The notes below the pieces were generated by a model. It was given only the letters and a program-made list of their open reading frames with translations. It searched no databases and was not told the origin of the DNA. A stretch of DNA of 64,000 nucleotides from Flaccisagitta enflata (lineage: Eukaryota). The position numbers were made by a program, and so were the translations under genes. The DNA is taken from assembly GCA_965153355.1 (NCBI GenBank), contig OZ231126.1:31310001-31374000 (forward strand), written 5' to 3'. Below, piece after piece: positions 53,204-64,000 of this stretch (the first letter of the stretch is position 1; each line of letters begins with the position of its first letter).

Positions 53204-53427
53204 CTACCATGTAAGGCTTTCTAGGGAAGAAGAACATGGGTACTGATGCCAAGAGTAGGAGTGGTCCAAAGATGAGGATTCCGATCCACCAGGCGCCCAC
53301 GAACTGTGGGTCTTTGGGGGTGATGTCCACGGGCTTCAGATCCACTGGAATTTGAGACAAGTAAGAGCCGAGTCCCATGCCAATTAAAGGCCCGATGAAC
53401 TGCAAGGCCTTCACAACGGAAATATAT
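44723..53427 (-). CDS. SLCO: Organic anion transporting polypeptide (OATP/SLCO family, MFS), 5'-partial; 10 exons: 53427-53208, 50002-49874, 48474-48418, 48184-48035, 47422-47225, 47071-46985, 46643-46499, 46202-45995, 45255-45113, 44901-44723
   Basis: Manual splicing at AG/GT sites gives compatible phases and one open frame (1516 nt, about 504 aa plus stop). It contains the signature-like DPQFVGAWWIGIL, FLPKTLELQY, the Kazal-like PICG...YFSPCHAGC...NCSC and IDSSCLIWREKC...NCYFYD. Subfamily cannot be assigned by eye. Confidence 0.93.
45113..45255 (-). CDS. SLCO: OATP exon (last extracellular loop, TM12 start)
   Basis: tttcag|RFIDSSCLIWREKCSMRKNCYFYDIHKYHIIVHGGCAFFSFLSTLLYG|gtgggt. Confidence 0.92.
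45995..46202 (-). CDS. SLCO: OATP exon (TM10-TM11)
   Basis: tgtcag|GYCDQETSSRGFAYAALLFFWLFIAC...FRALKPEQKALSVGLSSLTRSLFGAVISNMIYG-R|gtaaca. Confidence 0.92.
46499..46643 (-). CDS. SLCO: OATP exon (Kazal-like domain)
   Basis: gtttag|AFYPICGEDNKNYFSPCHAGCRDVYQENKTFFFANCSCIDAGSGSAKQ-G|gtagtt; a different frame from the ORF-track entry 46466..46762. Confidence 0.93.
46985..47071 (-). CDS. SLCO: OATP exon (start of large extracellular loop)
   Basis: actcag|ANIHGDIDPSSGLIVLNNTCNAACNCGQE|gtaggt; CNxxCxC motif. Confidence 0.9.
47225..47422 (-). CDS. SLCO: OATP exon (TM8-TM9)
   Basis: ccacag|YRFPAWQVGIILGIVIGGGGGMGTLISGFIVRKLDL...VMMFLTSDG|gtaagt. Confidence 0.9.
48035..48184 (-). CDS. SLCO: OATP exon (TM7)
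   Basis: taccag|AFWLHMKDFFKNIYQVLINKMWISCYIGDLVSGFGWGGMFTFLPKTLELQ|gtgggg. Confidence 0.9.
48418..48474 (-). CDS. SLCO: OATP exon (cytoplasmic loop, 19 aa)
   Basis: aaacag|GKNEPAEDEKAEGYIGFVK|gtagga; phase 0-0; not in the ORF track. Confidence 0.7.
48960..49240. repeat. Degenerate 18-bp tandem repeat in an OATP intron
   Basis: Consensus near TTTTCTCAGC(A/T)TGATGCC. Confidence 0.7.
49874..50002 (-). CDS. SLCO: OATP exon (central cytoplasmic loop)
   Basis: ttttccag|TEEEQMALERANAPEEAENCLVIAEENQEDEDGEKLFVVHQNE|gtttta; phase 0-0. The donor is weak, so the 3' boundary is less certain. Confidence 0.65.
51331..51452. mobile_element. Small hAT-like MITE
   Basis: AGGGATGTGGAAGCG...CGCTTCCACATCCCT with internal GGAAGCG/CGCTTCC repeats. 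Confidence 0.65.
53208..53427 (-). CDS. SLCO: OATP exon (TM5-TM6, family signature)
   Basis: ctccag|A TAT ATT... YISVVKALQFIGPLIGMGLGSYLSQIPVDLKPVDITPKDPQFVGAWWIGILIFGPLLLLASVPMFFFPRKPYM|gtagga. Confidence 0.93.
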
Positions 53428-53488
53428 CTGGAGGAGGAGTAATGGCAAAAAAAAAACGTGAGATGGTCTTGGTAAATAACCAATTGTG

Positions 53489-53891
53489 GTGGTGCGGTCA
53501 ATGCCTTGCGGGACCCCATGGGCAGGGTCGGCCGGTCCCTCGGCACGGCAGGGCCGGATACCGGAAGTCGGGAGCTCGGTATGGGCAGGGGCAGTACTGG
53601 GGCTCGGTATAGGGGGTCGGTACTAGGCAATGATACAAAAAATCTGAGACAAGAATATACTTCACATATTTTTTTAAATTCTGTTGAAAATCATTAACAA
53701 TGAAAAAAAAAAAAGAAACAAAAGAAACAAACAACTTGCAGAATGTGCTGCAATTTCAGTTTCTCATTTGTTTTAAGTTTTAATTCAGTTTGAGACCCTA
53801 TGTTCCGATGTTTGGTTGTCGATGACCTGAAGTGAAGATAATCCCCAATCGCGATACCTTGCCATTCACTATCTTCGACTTTTTTCTTTTT

Positions 53892-53944
<53 letters not shown>

Positions 53945-54585
53945 TGAGGAAAAAGACTCGAATTAATCATATGGAAGAATAATCAATCATTTTAAAATGT
54001 GTTGTTAAATTATTTCAAAATAAAAAAATTTATTCGTATGTTTTACTGAAATGTACATGCAAATGAATTTGAAAGAAATGAAAGAAATAGAAAGAAAATA
54101 AAAGATGAAAAAATGACAATAACAGCAAATATGAAATATAGAACAAATTAAAGCAATTAGAAAAACAAAAGTTAAAAATAGAATATCTAAAAAAAATGGG
54201 AAAAAAACTAAAAAAAAAAAAAATGAAGAGCTGTAATGAAACATAAAAGGTAAAAAATGAGAAACTTCTAAGTAAAATTAAAAAAAAAGTTAAGTCTATA
54301 CAATCTATTAGTAAAAGCTATCATTTTTTTTATTGTAATTCTAAAATGATCACAGAATATTTCCCATGAATGAAAGAAAAGATACGGAAAAACAAACTAT
54401 TTCCACAGAGAAGGGGGAGAAGGAGGAGGAGGAGGAGGAGGAGGAGGAGGAGGAGGAGGAGGAGGAGGAGGGGGAAGAGGCAGAGGGCCGGGATAGGCAT
54501 CGGGTCCCGGGAATTCGGGACAAGGTGAGGTCCCGGCATGTCGGGGCCTCGGGACCCAAGTCCCGCCAGGCATTGGCGGTCACTG
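53489..54585. mobile_element. Degenerate element with GC-rich ends
   Basis: Inverted CAATGCCT(T/G)GCGGGAC at 53499 and 54560-54575; AT-rich interior; TSD not seen. Confidence 0.5.
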
Positions 54586-55779
54586 CGGTGATCAGAGGCG
54601 CAGCAGCTCAAAATAGGGTTGGTAAATTATGATTTCGTTGATGGGGTGTTAGCTTTATGACTCGAGGCGGGGGCATTGGCCTTGAGGCTTCTAGAGTTCC
54701 CCTTCCTCCCTCTGTCCCTTTCTTCTTTACCTTATCTACCCTCTATATCCCTCTATTAGTCTAAACCGTTCCCTACCAGCTTTTTGGGCAGCGGCACCAA
54801 AGGACCGATGTCCTGTAGGACACAGAAGTGAGTTTCCGTCTGTCTGTCCATCTGTTGCCCCCCCCCCCCCCAGCCTCTCAGGCTCAAATCTTGCTATTTC
54901 AGGCTTGAAGTCAGTCACCCTAAAATCACTCCTCTCAGGTCCAAAATTGGCTCTCTCACATTCAAAATCAACCTTATAAGGCCCAAAATCAGTCCTCTTT
55001 TGAACCATAATCAGCCCTCTTTGGCCCAAATTCAACCCTCCCTGGCTTGAATTCAACCCTCTCTGGCCTGAAATAGGCCCTATGAGGCCTCAAATTTACC
55101 CTCTCAAGCCTAAAATCTGACCTCTCATGAGGGATGGATGCAAGAAAAATAACCCCTGTGTCCTACAGGACATCGGCCCTTTGAGGCTGCTGCCCTGCTT
55201 TCACTCCACTTTTTCAGCTGATTACTCCCAGCAGGGCATCGGGTACCGCTGACTATGTGCGATCCTTGGTTGACTACTGACTAGTTTATGTTTGTCCCTC
55301 TTTCACTCCTTATCCCTCTCTCCTTTCCCATACCCCCCTCTATATCCCTCTACATCATTCTCCACCAGTTTACGTCATTTCTCTCTAAGCGTTTGGTCGG
55401 ATTTACGGTGCTTGATGCATCAACAAGATTGAGTTTGAGCTGTTATCACCTTAGCAAACTCCTGACTCAAGCTGCTATTTGAAATCCATGAATATTCTAC
55501 CATTTACCTCTAAAGAGCTCTAATGAAGATTCCACAGGGGTCGGCGGCAGCCCCCCCCCCCCATACATGCCGTAAGAATTTATTTTTACCTTGGTTCTCA
55601 TAGATTCATGTCCATTGTCTAGCTACGAGAAGAATCTGCTGTCAAATCAATTCTTACGGCCCAGGGAGATTGCTAAAATTAATTTTGGTAATATCAAATA
55701 GTAAGAAAACCAGTTTACTAAGACAATCGTCACAGAACAAATTGAGGAAACGTTTTATTGATCTCAACAAAAAGTTGCA

Positions 55780-58662
55780 ATGAATATCTCATCAATGATT
55801 CGCGATTCAATCCTCAACTGCACTGTGACAAGCAAAAATCGGGTTTCGTAAGTAAATAAGTAAGAAAATAAATGATGAATAAACAAGGCCGTATACACGA
55901 GCCGAAGTCGCGTGCGGGTGGGCAGGAGCGGCGAAAAAGCTAAAAAAGCTAAGTGGGACGGACGGACGGACGGACGGACGGACGGACAGACGGACAGAGT
56001 GGGTCATAGAGTCGCGTGCACGCGACTAAAAAGATAAATGATACAAAATAGATAAGTAAATAAGTAAAAACAAGGCCAACACCTGTAAGTCGCGTGCGAG
56101 ACTTATACTTAGAATGTCTTAGAATGACTTAGAATGACTTATTATACTCTTATATAACCTAAAAAGCCCTAAAGAAATAAAATTTATAAAAAAAAGTAAA
56201 GTGTGACCGACCGACCAACCGACCGACCGACCGACCGACCGACAAAGCGGGGTGTAGTGTCGCGTGCACGCGACTAAAAAGGAAGTCAGTAAGAAAAACA
56301 TAACATAAAGAAGAATTTCTTGATGGTGACTTTTTACCTAAAAAGAAACCTTCACACATTATAGGCTTCCTTCCTGGGGGGGGGGGTGTGAGAGTTTACT
56401 ATTGAGTATTGTATAAAAGTTCGTCGCGTCGGTGCCCTGAAACTTGCGTTTCAAATACCCGTTCACCGGCAGTTAGGACGAAGAGCATGTGCACGTCTGC
56501 AAGCAGCTGTCTGGTGGATAAATCATCTTTCCATTACTTTTCCATGCTTCATCCATACTATGACAACCGTTTCATCAACAGCACCCTCCTTTTCCCAAGC
56601 CGATGATATTAGTCATTCCTCCTCCTCTTCCTCCTCCTCCTCCTCTTCCTTCCCTACACTACCCCTCTATCGATCAATGCCTCTTCTTTAACCCCATCCA
56701 ATGATACTTCATCTGACTCTGATATTCACCAATTCTATGGCAATCGTTTGGACGTCTTCAACTTTTTTCAGTCAGGCGTGTATAAAGTTGAGCATCTCCC
56801 CCCGGGGGGGGGGGGGAGAAAAAAATCAAAGGGTTTGGAGATGGGGAAAAAAATCAAAAGCTAAAAAAGAAAAAAAAATTTTTTTTTGAAGATTTAACAC
56901 TTTTGGTAGTTCCTTACGGTAGTCTCTGATTACTAAGACACATTTTAACACTATTTGAACCTATGATATGACACAATGAAAATTATTGTGACACTTCAGT
57001 TTCGCCAAGAGCAAAAAAATCACCATGTTTTTTACAAAAAACAAATAATTCACCTCATAATATATGTCACTTTGGGTAGTTAACAGAGAAAATTGATGCA
57101 AAATATCATCAAAAAAAAAAATAGTGATTTTTCTTTTAGAAATGACTAATTTCATAAATTTCACAAATAAATATTCAAAAATTCATAAACAGATATCAAA
57201 AATTGTCTTATAGTAATGAAAATTGACATGCAGGTGGTTTAGTGCTTCATTTAACCACTGTAAAAATTTCATGATTTTTCTTCACCAGGAAGTGCCCCAT
57301 TTAAAACTCTAAACAAAAAACATCCTTTTTTTCATATTTCTGTTGAATCTGACATAGGTGCACCCTAAATAACAAATTTGCATAGAAATTGAAAAACTGG
57401 AAAACTCAAAAACATCAGACCCTAGTAAATTACATCATCTCAGGTCTGATGTTTTTAAAAATGCAAAATATTCATCTATGTTCAAGATTTGTTATTTAAG
57501 GGATGAAAAATGTCTTTTTCAAAAACTTCAAATTTCGCAATTTTGAATAGAAAGACTCACAAAATTGATACTTTAAATCCACCGATTGTTACAAAATTTG
57601 AAATGCTTAAGGTTAAATGCTTCCTTTGTCTACCATTCAAATTTCATGACTTTACTCCAATGGGAAGTACCCCAAATGAATTTTTCAAAATAAAATACCC
57701 TATTTTTTGAAATTCAATTGTCAGCTGACATTTTTTAAAAGTTACTTGACAAAGTCATCCAAAATGCTAAAAATCATATGGCAAAAAAGTTTTATACTAG
57801 TGTCAGATAAATATGAACAGCCTCTCAAAAAAAAATTGACCATATTATACAAACTGTGTCGGTAATTATACAGTAAAGATACCTCTTTAAAATAATTCTT
57901 ACTCATTTCTAAGATTTTGCTTGAAATTTTGCCAATTTAAGATCATTTTACTGTAAAAAGCATGTAATTTGAAGACTGATTCTTTAAAATAGTATGAGTG
58001 GGCTCACATAGCACATGTCAAAACAATAATTTGGTCAAAAATGGATAATTTTATGGAAAAAATGGTGCGAAAAAGGGATGGAACAAGAATGTCAAGATAT
58101 GGTTCATGATGTCATATACTGTTTTATTGCTTTGTGGGGAAGAAAATCATAGATTTTATGATGTGACGCAATACATCGCGGGGAAGAAAATCAAAGGCAG
58201 GGGTTGAATAAAATCAAAAGCCGCTCAATTTTATACACCCCTGTAAATTTTTCTTCATCTCGTATTAACTGGGCTCATATGCGCGACCCATGTTTTCGTG
58301 AAAACTGTCATCAAGAAACTGCCTCCGAATCACTTTGACTCGTTTTACTCTCATTACTCAATTGCCGGCGTTACTTTTGCTTTATTGGCTTTACTTTCAC
58401 ATTCGGTCAAATGGGGTTCATTTTTGCTGTCGAAAAATCCAGCTCTGATGTCGTTGTCGCTTCAACCACAATTAGGTTGCTCTTTTAAATTAGGTTGTGG
58501 TTTTGGATTCCATTCATTTTTACTATCCCTCCGGTCCGTTGACTTAAAGCACGAAAAAAGGGTTCATTTTTACTTGCATGAATTACATTGTCATGGGCAG
58601 CTAAGCAAGTTCCTATGTGATTTGCATAACCTTATCTTCAATTGTTAAATCATAGAAAATTG

Positions 58663-58761
<99 letters not shown>

Positions 58762-60230
58762 AAAAACTATTGCCTACGAGTCATAGCAATGGCCATCAGT
58801 TCCGATGGCATATTTGCGTGTCTCATGATGATTGCTCAATCTGTCATTCACTGCTGCCAAATCAAATCCATGCTGCCGACGATGGTCCTCGGTCCAAAGG
58901 GCGTCAAGCGAATCATCGGCGCTGCTTGGGTTTTCGTCTTCTCCCGCGCTATCGGCGCCTTCGCTGGCAGTACCGTCGACATTTCCACTTCCGCTGCTGT
59001 GGTCATTTCCGTCAAGATCTTCGTCGCCGCCGTTATAGCCATCACGACAATCTCTTGCAACATCTTTCTCTGTTCATTTGTGTCCATACATGGAATGCTC
59101 AATCGCACTTTCGACATGATGGCCAGCATTGTTAAAACTTCATCCATGGCAGTAGCCGTCATTTGGCTCTTTGAGGTAGGCATGCGTGGGTGAAAAAAAA
59201 AATACCTGGTCATGGGTTGTGTGGTGGTTTTGTGCACAACTTTTTGGTATAAGTGAATGGGTTTGTGTGGTATTTGTGTGCACAACTTTTTGGTATAAGT
59301 GAATGGTTCTATGAAGTCTTTTGATTTTGAGACTTTTTAAGCGGGTTTTTAAATTAGGGTTATTGGTGGGTTTACGGTTAGGGATGGTTTTAGGCTTAGG
59401 GTTAGGGACAGGGTTAGTGTTAGGGCTAAGGGTTGGCTGGGTTTTATGTATTCCAACTTTTTAACTAGTATCTAGTCATGAAGAAAGTGGCAATGTCGCT
59501 TTTCGCCATCAAAATCCATCCAGCACATCCTGACTCTTTTCTGAAAAGGTTCCTCCACTGTCGACGGGCATACTGATACGCAGCAAAGTAATTGATATCC
59601 AAGAATTGAAAATCTCGTTGCTTACTTTGCCTTTGGTCAAGACGCGATTTCGCTTCGTAGCTATAACCAGTTTACTGTTTGTCAGGTAAGAAAGGATAAA
59701 TACTACTCGACTAAAAAAAAAGCCGCACCCTATTTTGAGTTGAAAAATAAGAAAAACAAATAATTTGAACATTTTTTTGTTGAAATGACTTGAAAGATTT
59801 TCAAATTATCTTTCATTCTAGACCAATCCCAAATCTGTAAGGATAAATATTGGCTATAACATAACCTCGACTTACGGAAATCCGTCTTTACAAATCCCAC
59901 TCAAGCGCGAACTCATGCGTCAGTCATCATTCCGCACAGAGGGGACAAAAGGTTAAACTGATTGACTTATGCCTGCCCCCCCGTTTTTTTGTTTTTTTTT
60001 TTGGGGGGGGGGGAGGGGAAGGGGGTTCACCCAATGTGAGCAAATTGTTTCTTGCCAATATCCCATCATCCATCATTATTTTTTTTTTTCACATAAGAGT
60101 GGAAAATTCAATATGTTAAGCTTTATTTTGAACGAAGAATTTTCTGAGCTGGTTAGCCTCATCTTTTAACAGCTTTTTGTTGAACCAGTCAAGCGCAGAT
60201 AATAACCCAACTAATGCTTGTTCCGTTTGA
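55780..60230 (+). CDS. Possible multi-exon, multi-pass membrane (7TM-like) gene or pseudogene; candidate segments 55780-55847, 56701-56772 with 58247-~58475, ~58780-59175, 59549-59685, 60173-60230
   Basis: Several hydrophobic segments. Phase-compatible junctions WLFE|gtaggc...aaag|VPP (phase 0) and LFV-|gtaag...aacag|SFLLN (phase 2). The first exon has N-glycosylation sequons. The 5' junctions do not resolve cleanly. Confidence 0.35.
56773..58243. mobile_element. hAT-like non-autonomous element
   Basis: TIR CAGG(C/G)GTGTATAAA(G/A)TTGAGC; 8-bp TSD not preserved. Confidence 0.65.
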
Positions 60231-60724
60231 CTGGACAGAAACGAGCGAATCAAAGGTGTGGCGCGAGAAGTGATCCGTGGCGTAGAAGGGCCCAATTGTA
60301 ACCGTCTTTGCCTCATCTTTTGCAAACGTCCACAAAATCAACCACAAAATCAACCTCAAAATCAACCTCAAAACGAAGCAGATGCCAGTTTACCACCAGT
60401 TGCACAACTCTCAGTTATTAGCGGCTAGTTTCTGTGCTCTCATGATACTGTATCTATCAATACTTCACTTATCCGATTGAAGAATATTTAGTAGCCCACT
60501 AAGAAAACCAGTGACGCGGGGTCACAATATTGTTGCGGACGGGTTGGCAAGGGCATCCAACACCCATCCACACGGACAGACGGACGGACAAAGTCTCTTA
60601 TAGAGTTGCGTGTCCGCAACTAAAAACCCTTTTTCATAGAAAAGTTTGTTTGTTTGTTTTTTTTTTCAAAGAGATACAGTGCGATGCATAAAAAAAGATA
60701 CAAATTTCATATTTAAGATTTCTA

Positions 60725-61050
60725 CAGTCTATGGACAAAAAGAGAAGAGTAGATTTTGCTGATCACTGGTATGTTGCTTAGGCGTAGTTGATTTTAAAAT
60801 GTAGGTTTGTAATTACCTCATAGAAAATTACTAAGGACTGAATGAAACAAACGGAAGAACAATTACTACCTGTAGTAATCGTTCAAAATGTAGGTTTGTA
60901 ATTACCATGTAAAAACTGTGTAAGTTTCTTTCAGTCCTCAGTCATTTTTTTTTTTTAGGTAATTACAAGCCTACATTTCAAAATAAACTACGCCTAAGCA
61001 TCATACCGGTGATTAGCAAAATCTACTCGCCTCGTTTTGTCCATAGACTG
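60725..61050. mobile_element. Foldback MITE with 4-bp TSD TCTA
   Basis: TCTA|CAGTCTATGGACAAAA...TTTTGTCCATAGACTG|TCTA; arms longer than 90 bp. Confidence 0.85.
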
Positions 61051-62153
61051 TCTATGCTCAAGAATTACTTAAAAACTTATTTTCCATGAGGAATCCAAAG
61101 AGTTGGAAGAAATGAAGTGATGGGCCCCAATCTCAGACATTTTGGTCGATTTGACTAGATTTTATCAGGAACTGAAAACTAGGTATTGTCAATAGATGCA
61201 AGATCTCCAAACGACCCTTAAAGTCTTTAATCATATCTAAATTCTTTGAATTGACATTAAACTAATGAATATTCATGACATTTCGAAATAGCTTCCATTT
61301 GAGTCGTATCTGGCATCTGTAGCTCAATTTGTTTAAGAGTTAGGTTGATTTAAGTAAAAACATTCCTTTTGTGATAGCAGGAAAAAAAAGGTCACAATTT
61401 TCATTGCTGTTTTTGATACCTTATTTTTGTTTTATCATAAAATCTAAACAAATGTATCAAACTCTGAGATGCATCGTGAGCGATTTATCCTGCATTAATG
61501 AACGGCACATTAACGGCCTTAATTAACAAAATTGTTAATTAAAGGCAAAAAATACCATTAATTAACGGTAGAAAAGAAAAGGTTGTTGTTAGTTAATGGG
61601 TACCTATATGCTACTAATTAACAGGCATTTTTCTGTTTTAATCAACATGATGTTTTCACCCGTTAATTAACCCCCCCAAAAAATATAGATTTTTAACACC
61701 AAAATGTTAAAAAACGGTATTCTTTGTATCATTTAACAGGTATTTTTCATCGTTAATTAACAACAGTTTTTTGTGTAAAATTGACAGAAATTTTTACATT
61801 AATTTAAAAGGTTTTTTGGTGAATAATTAACAATGTTTTTTCTCAGATAACAGTTTTTGTGTTAAGTTAACAAAGACTTTAATCGTTGATTAACAATGTT
61901 TTTTTGCCATTCATTATCAATGCTTTATATTCAGACAAACAGTTGTTTTTTGCAGTGAATCAACAGTTTTTTTTGCTGTTAATTAACAGGCATTTTCTGT
62001 GTTAAATCAACAAAGATTTCTAAAGCTGATTAATATTTTATTGCTGTTTATTTATAATTGTAAATGATTGTAAAAAAAAATCTTATGATTTTATGGTAAA
62101 AATTGTTGTCAATTAACACAAAAAACTGCTGTTAATTAATAACAAAATTAACA

Positions 62154-63305
62154 TCAGGCCCATGTGGAAGGAAGTGTAAGCTATGCAAGTTTATGCAAGT
62201 GACAAACACAGTCAAGGACAAGGAGGGAAAAGCGCTGAAAATAGATTCAAAGATGGACTGCCGAACGGTTGGTGCAATATATGGAATGTTTTGTAAGAGA
62301 TGTGAGAAGGTTGTTTATGTGGGGAAGACCAAGAATAATTTGGAAAAAAGTCGAAGAGACAAAGTCCCTTCGGTCTTTTTGAGTCCTGCAGAGAAAAACG
62401 TATTTCCCTTTGTTTTATGAAGCGTTTGAGCAAGTTGGTGCATTTTGAGGGCAGAATGGGACTACGCATGAAATTAATAGCTAAGAAAGAGCTTATTCTG
62501 TGCGATCGATAGTTTTGGAGCTATGATTTTTTAAATCTTTTTATTTTTTTTTTGCATTTTTGGCATTATTCCCAAAAACGAGAAATCGAGTCAGTTGAAG
62601 TCTATATGAACTTTGAAATGTTTCAGGTGATGATTGTGCATCCTGGCAGCACAGTCTCTCTCATTTCAACTCTGGACGCTGTGAGAGGCTTTGTCCATCA
62701 GTCCATCCATTGATCTGTTGGTCTGTCTATCCGTCCAAGCTGTCTAGATACTTGTGTGTGGGGGTTGATGTTGGGGTGTGGATGGGGGTTGGATGCCTGT
62801 CCACCTGTCTGCAACAATATTGTAAGCCCGTGTTACATGAGGGAAGGGGAGAGAGAGAGAGAGAGAGAGAGAAAAGGGAAGAGAGAGAATGAGAGTGGGA
62901 GAGAGAAAGAGAGAAGGAAAGAGAGAGAGAGACGGGCAAACAAAGAACAAACAGAGAGACACAGTAGAACGAACCAAAAAGATGCCTGGAGAAAAAAAAG
63001 GCAATTAACCAGACAAAACACAATCACAAGGAATTCCAAAACCTCGCACTTACGACTTTTTTCCTATGGCGAGAGCCGCTTTAATTGGGATAAGTGAGAG
63101 ATTCAACGCCCACAGAGCGGATATGAGATAAGAAGATGACTCGAAACCGGCATACCACTTCAAGAAGGAAAACCACAAGGAGGAGGACATGGAGGTCATT
63201 GGACTAGAGTATGTTCCAAGGAAAGATGATGTCTACAGGATTGCCCGCAAACGTTGGTGGATGAATCGAATGGGGACTTTTGAGGAGGAAAATCGAAAGA
63301 GATAG
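62154..63305 (+). pseudogene. Penelope-like retroelement GIY-YIG endonuclease relic, split by an insertion (62154-62336 and 63087-63305)
   Basis: GPCGRKCKLC...DCRTVGAIYGMFCKRCEKVVYVGKTKN, then ISERFNAHRADMR*EDDSKPAYHF...RIARKRWWMNRMGTFEEENRKR*. This is the typical CxxC / IY-CxxC-YVG-T / RF-H / HF layout, with an internal TAA at 63129. Confidence 0.82.
62340..63086. mobile_element. Helentron/HINE-like insertion splitting the Penelope relic
   Basis: Subterminal inverted repeats GGAAAAAAGTCG-AAG and CTTACGACTTTTTTCC, followed by a small GC hairpin and TT. The coding frames on either side belong to one domain. Confidence 0.55.
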
Positions 63306-64000
63306 GCCTCTGGACACCCTGGGTTTTTTTTAAACTAGATACTGTAAAATGAAAAATTCGCTTCTTACATTCACCCAGGCATAGAAAGGGGGATATTCGT
63401 TCTAAAAGATGGGAGTAGGTTTAGTGCTTACCAAGTACAGCCCATTAGACAATCCTTTTGGAGGCACTACAAAAAAGTGGAATATTGGAAGTTTCTTACG
63501 GTAAAGATATTAATGAAATGAGATGAAATTAGGTCGACACACATTATTTCGTTTTACTAAATGTTTGAAAATCTGTTGTTCTCAGGCTATTACCCTTGAA
63601 AAAGTGCGTGATGCACGAAATATATCGGGATGGATTTTACAAGTCAGAAATTTTTGCTTATCTGAAAAAAATACTGTTAATTATCAGCAAAAAATTTTTA
63701 TTAATCAACAATAAAGATACACTCTTTTTTTTTTATAAGAACCTAGTTTATAAGAACATCAAGGCTTCAAATGGCCTGAAAATTAAGAACATCTTAAGAA
63801 CATACCAAGGCTTCAAATTTTGAGAAAAAAAAATTTGTATCTGTTTATTAAACACAAAAAACTGTAATCAATTAACAGCAAAAAAAACTAATGATCACAG
63901 AAAAAATGTTTGCTTAAGTGAAAGATAAGAAAGAAAAAAAATTCATAATCTAACAATAAAAATCTTTGTTAATCTGCCACTAAAAAGTATTCTTAATTAA

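Noticed and set aside
58848..59285. Minus-strand 145-aa ORF as a missing OATP 5' exon
   Set aside because: It has no OATP TM1-4 motifs (e.g. YIDD) and is better explained as the antisense shadow of the hydrophobic plus-strand frame.

Overview
AT-rich, repeat-dense eukaryotic (probably invertebrate animal) genomic DNA with GT-AG introns. Most entries in the ORF track are microsatellite or minisatellite artefacts. The one firm gene is an organic anion transporting polypeptide (OATP/SLCO family) on the minus strand. Ten phase-compatible exons (53427 to 44723, about 504 aa) cover TM5-TM12, the family signature and the Kazal-like loop; the N-terminal exons were not found in the window. This OATP lacks two normally conserved extracellular cysteines, and two of its exon boundaries have been tandemly duplicated. 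The rest of the window is a nested mosaic of non-autonomous DNA transposons: Helentron/DINE-1-like elements with internal tandem repeats, Tc1/mariner and hAT MITEs, foldbacks, and CAC...GTG elements with 4-bp TSDs (Chapaev-like, one of 5.5 kb). It also holds a Tc1 transposase relic and a split Penelope-like GIY-YIG endonuclease relic. Lower-confidence signals are a small family of duplicated, intron-containing, decaying exons of unknown product, and a possible 7TM-like gene on the plus strand upstream of the last OATP exon found. There is no CRISPR array and no rRNA or intact tRNA gene. I found no clearly novel autonomous system.
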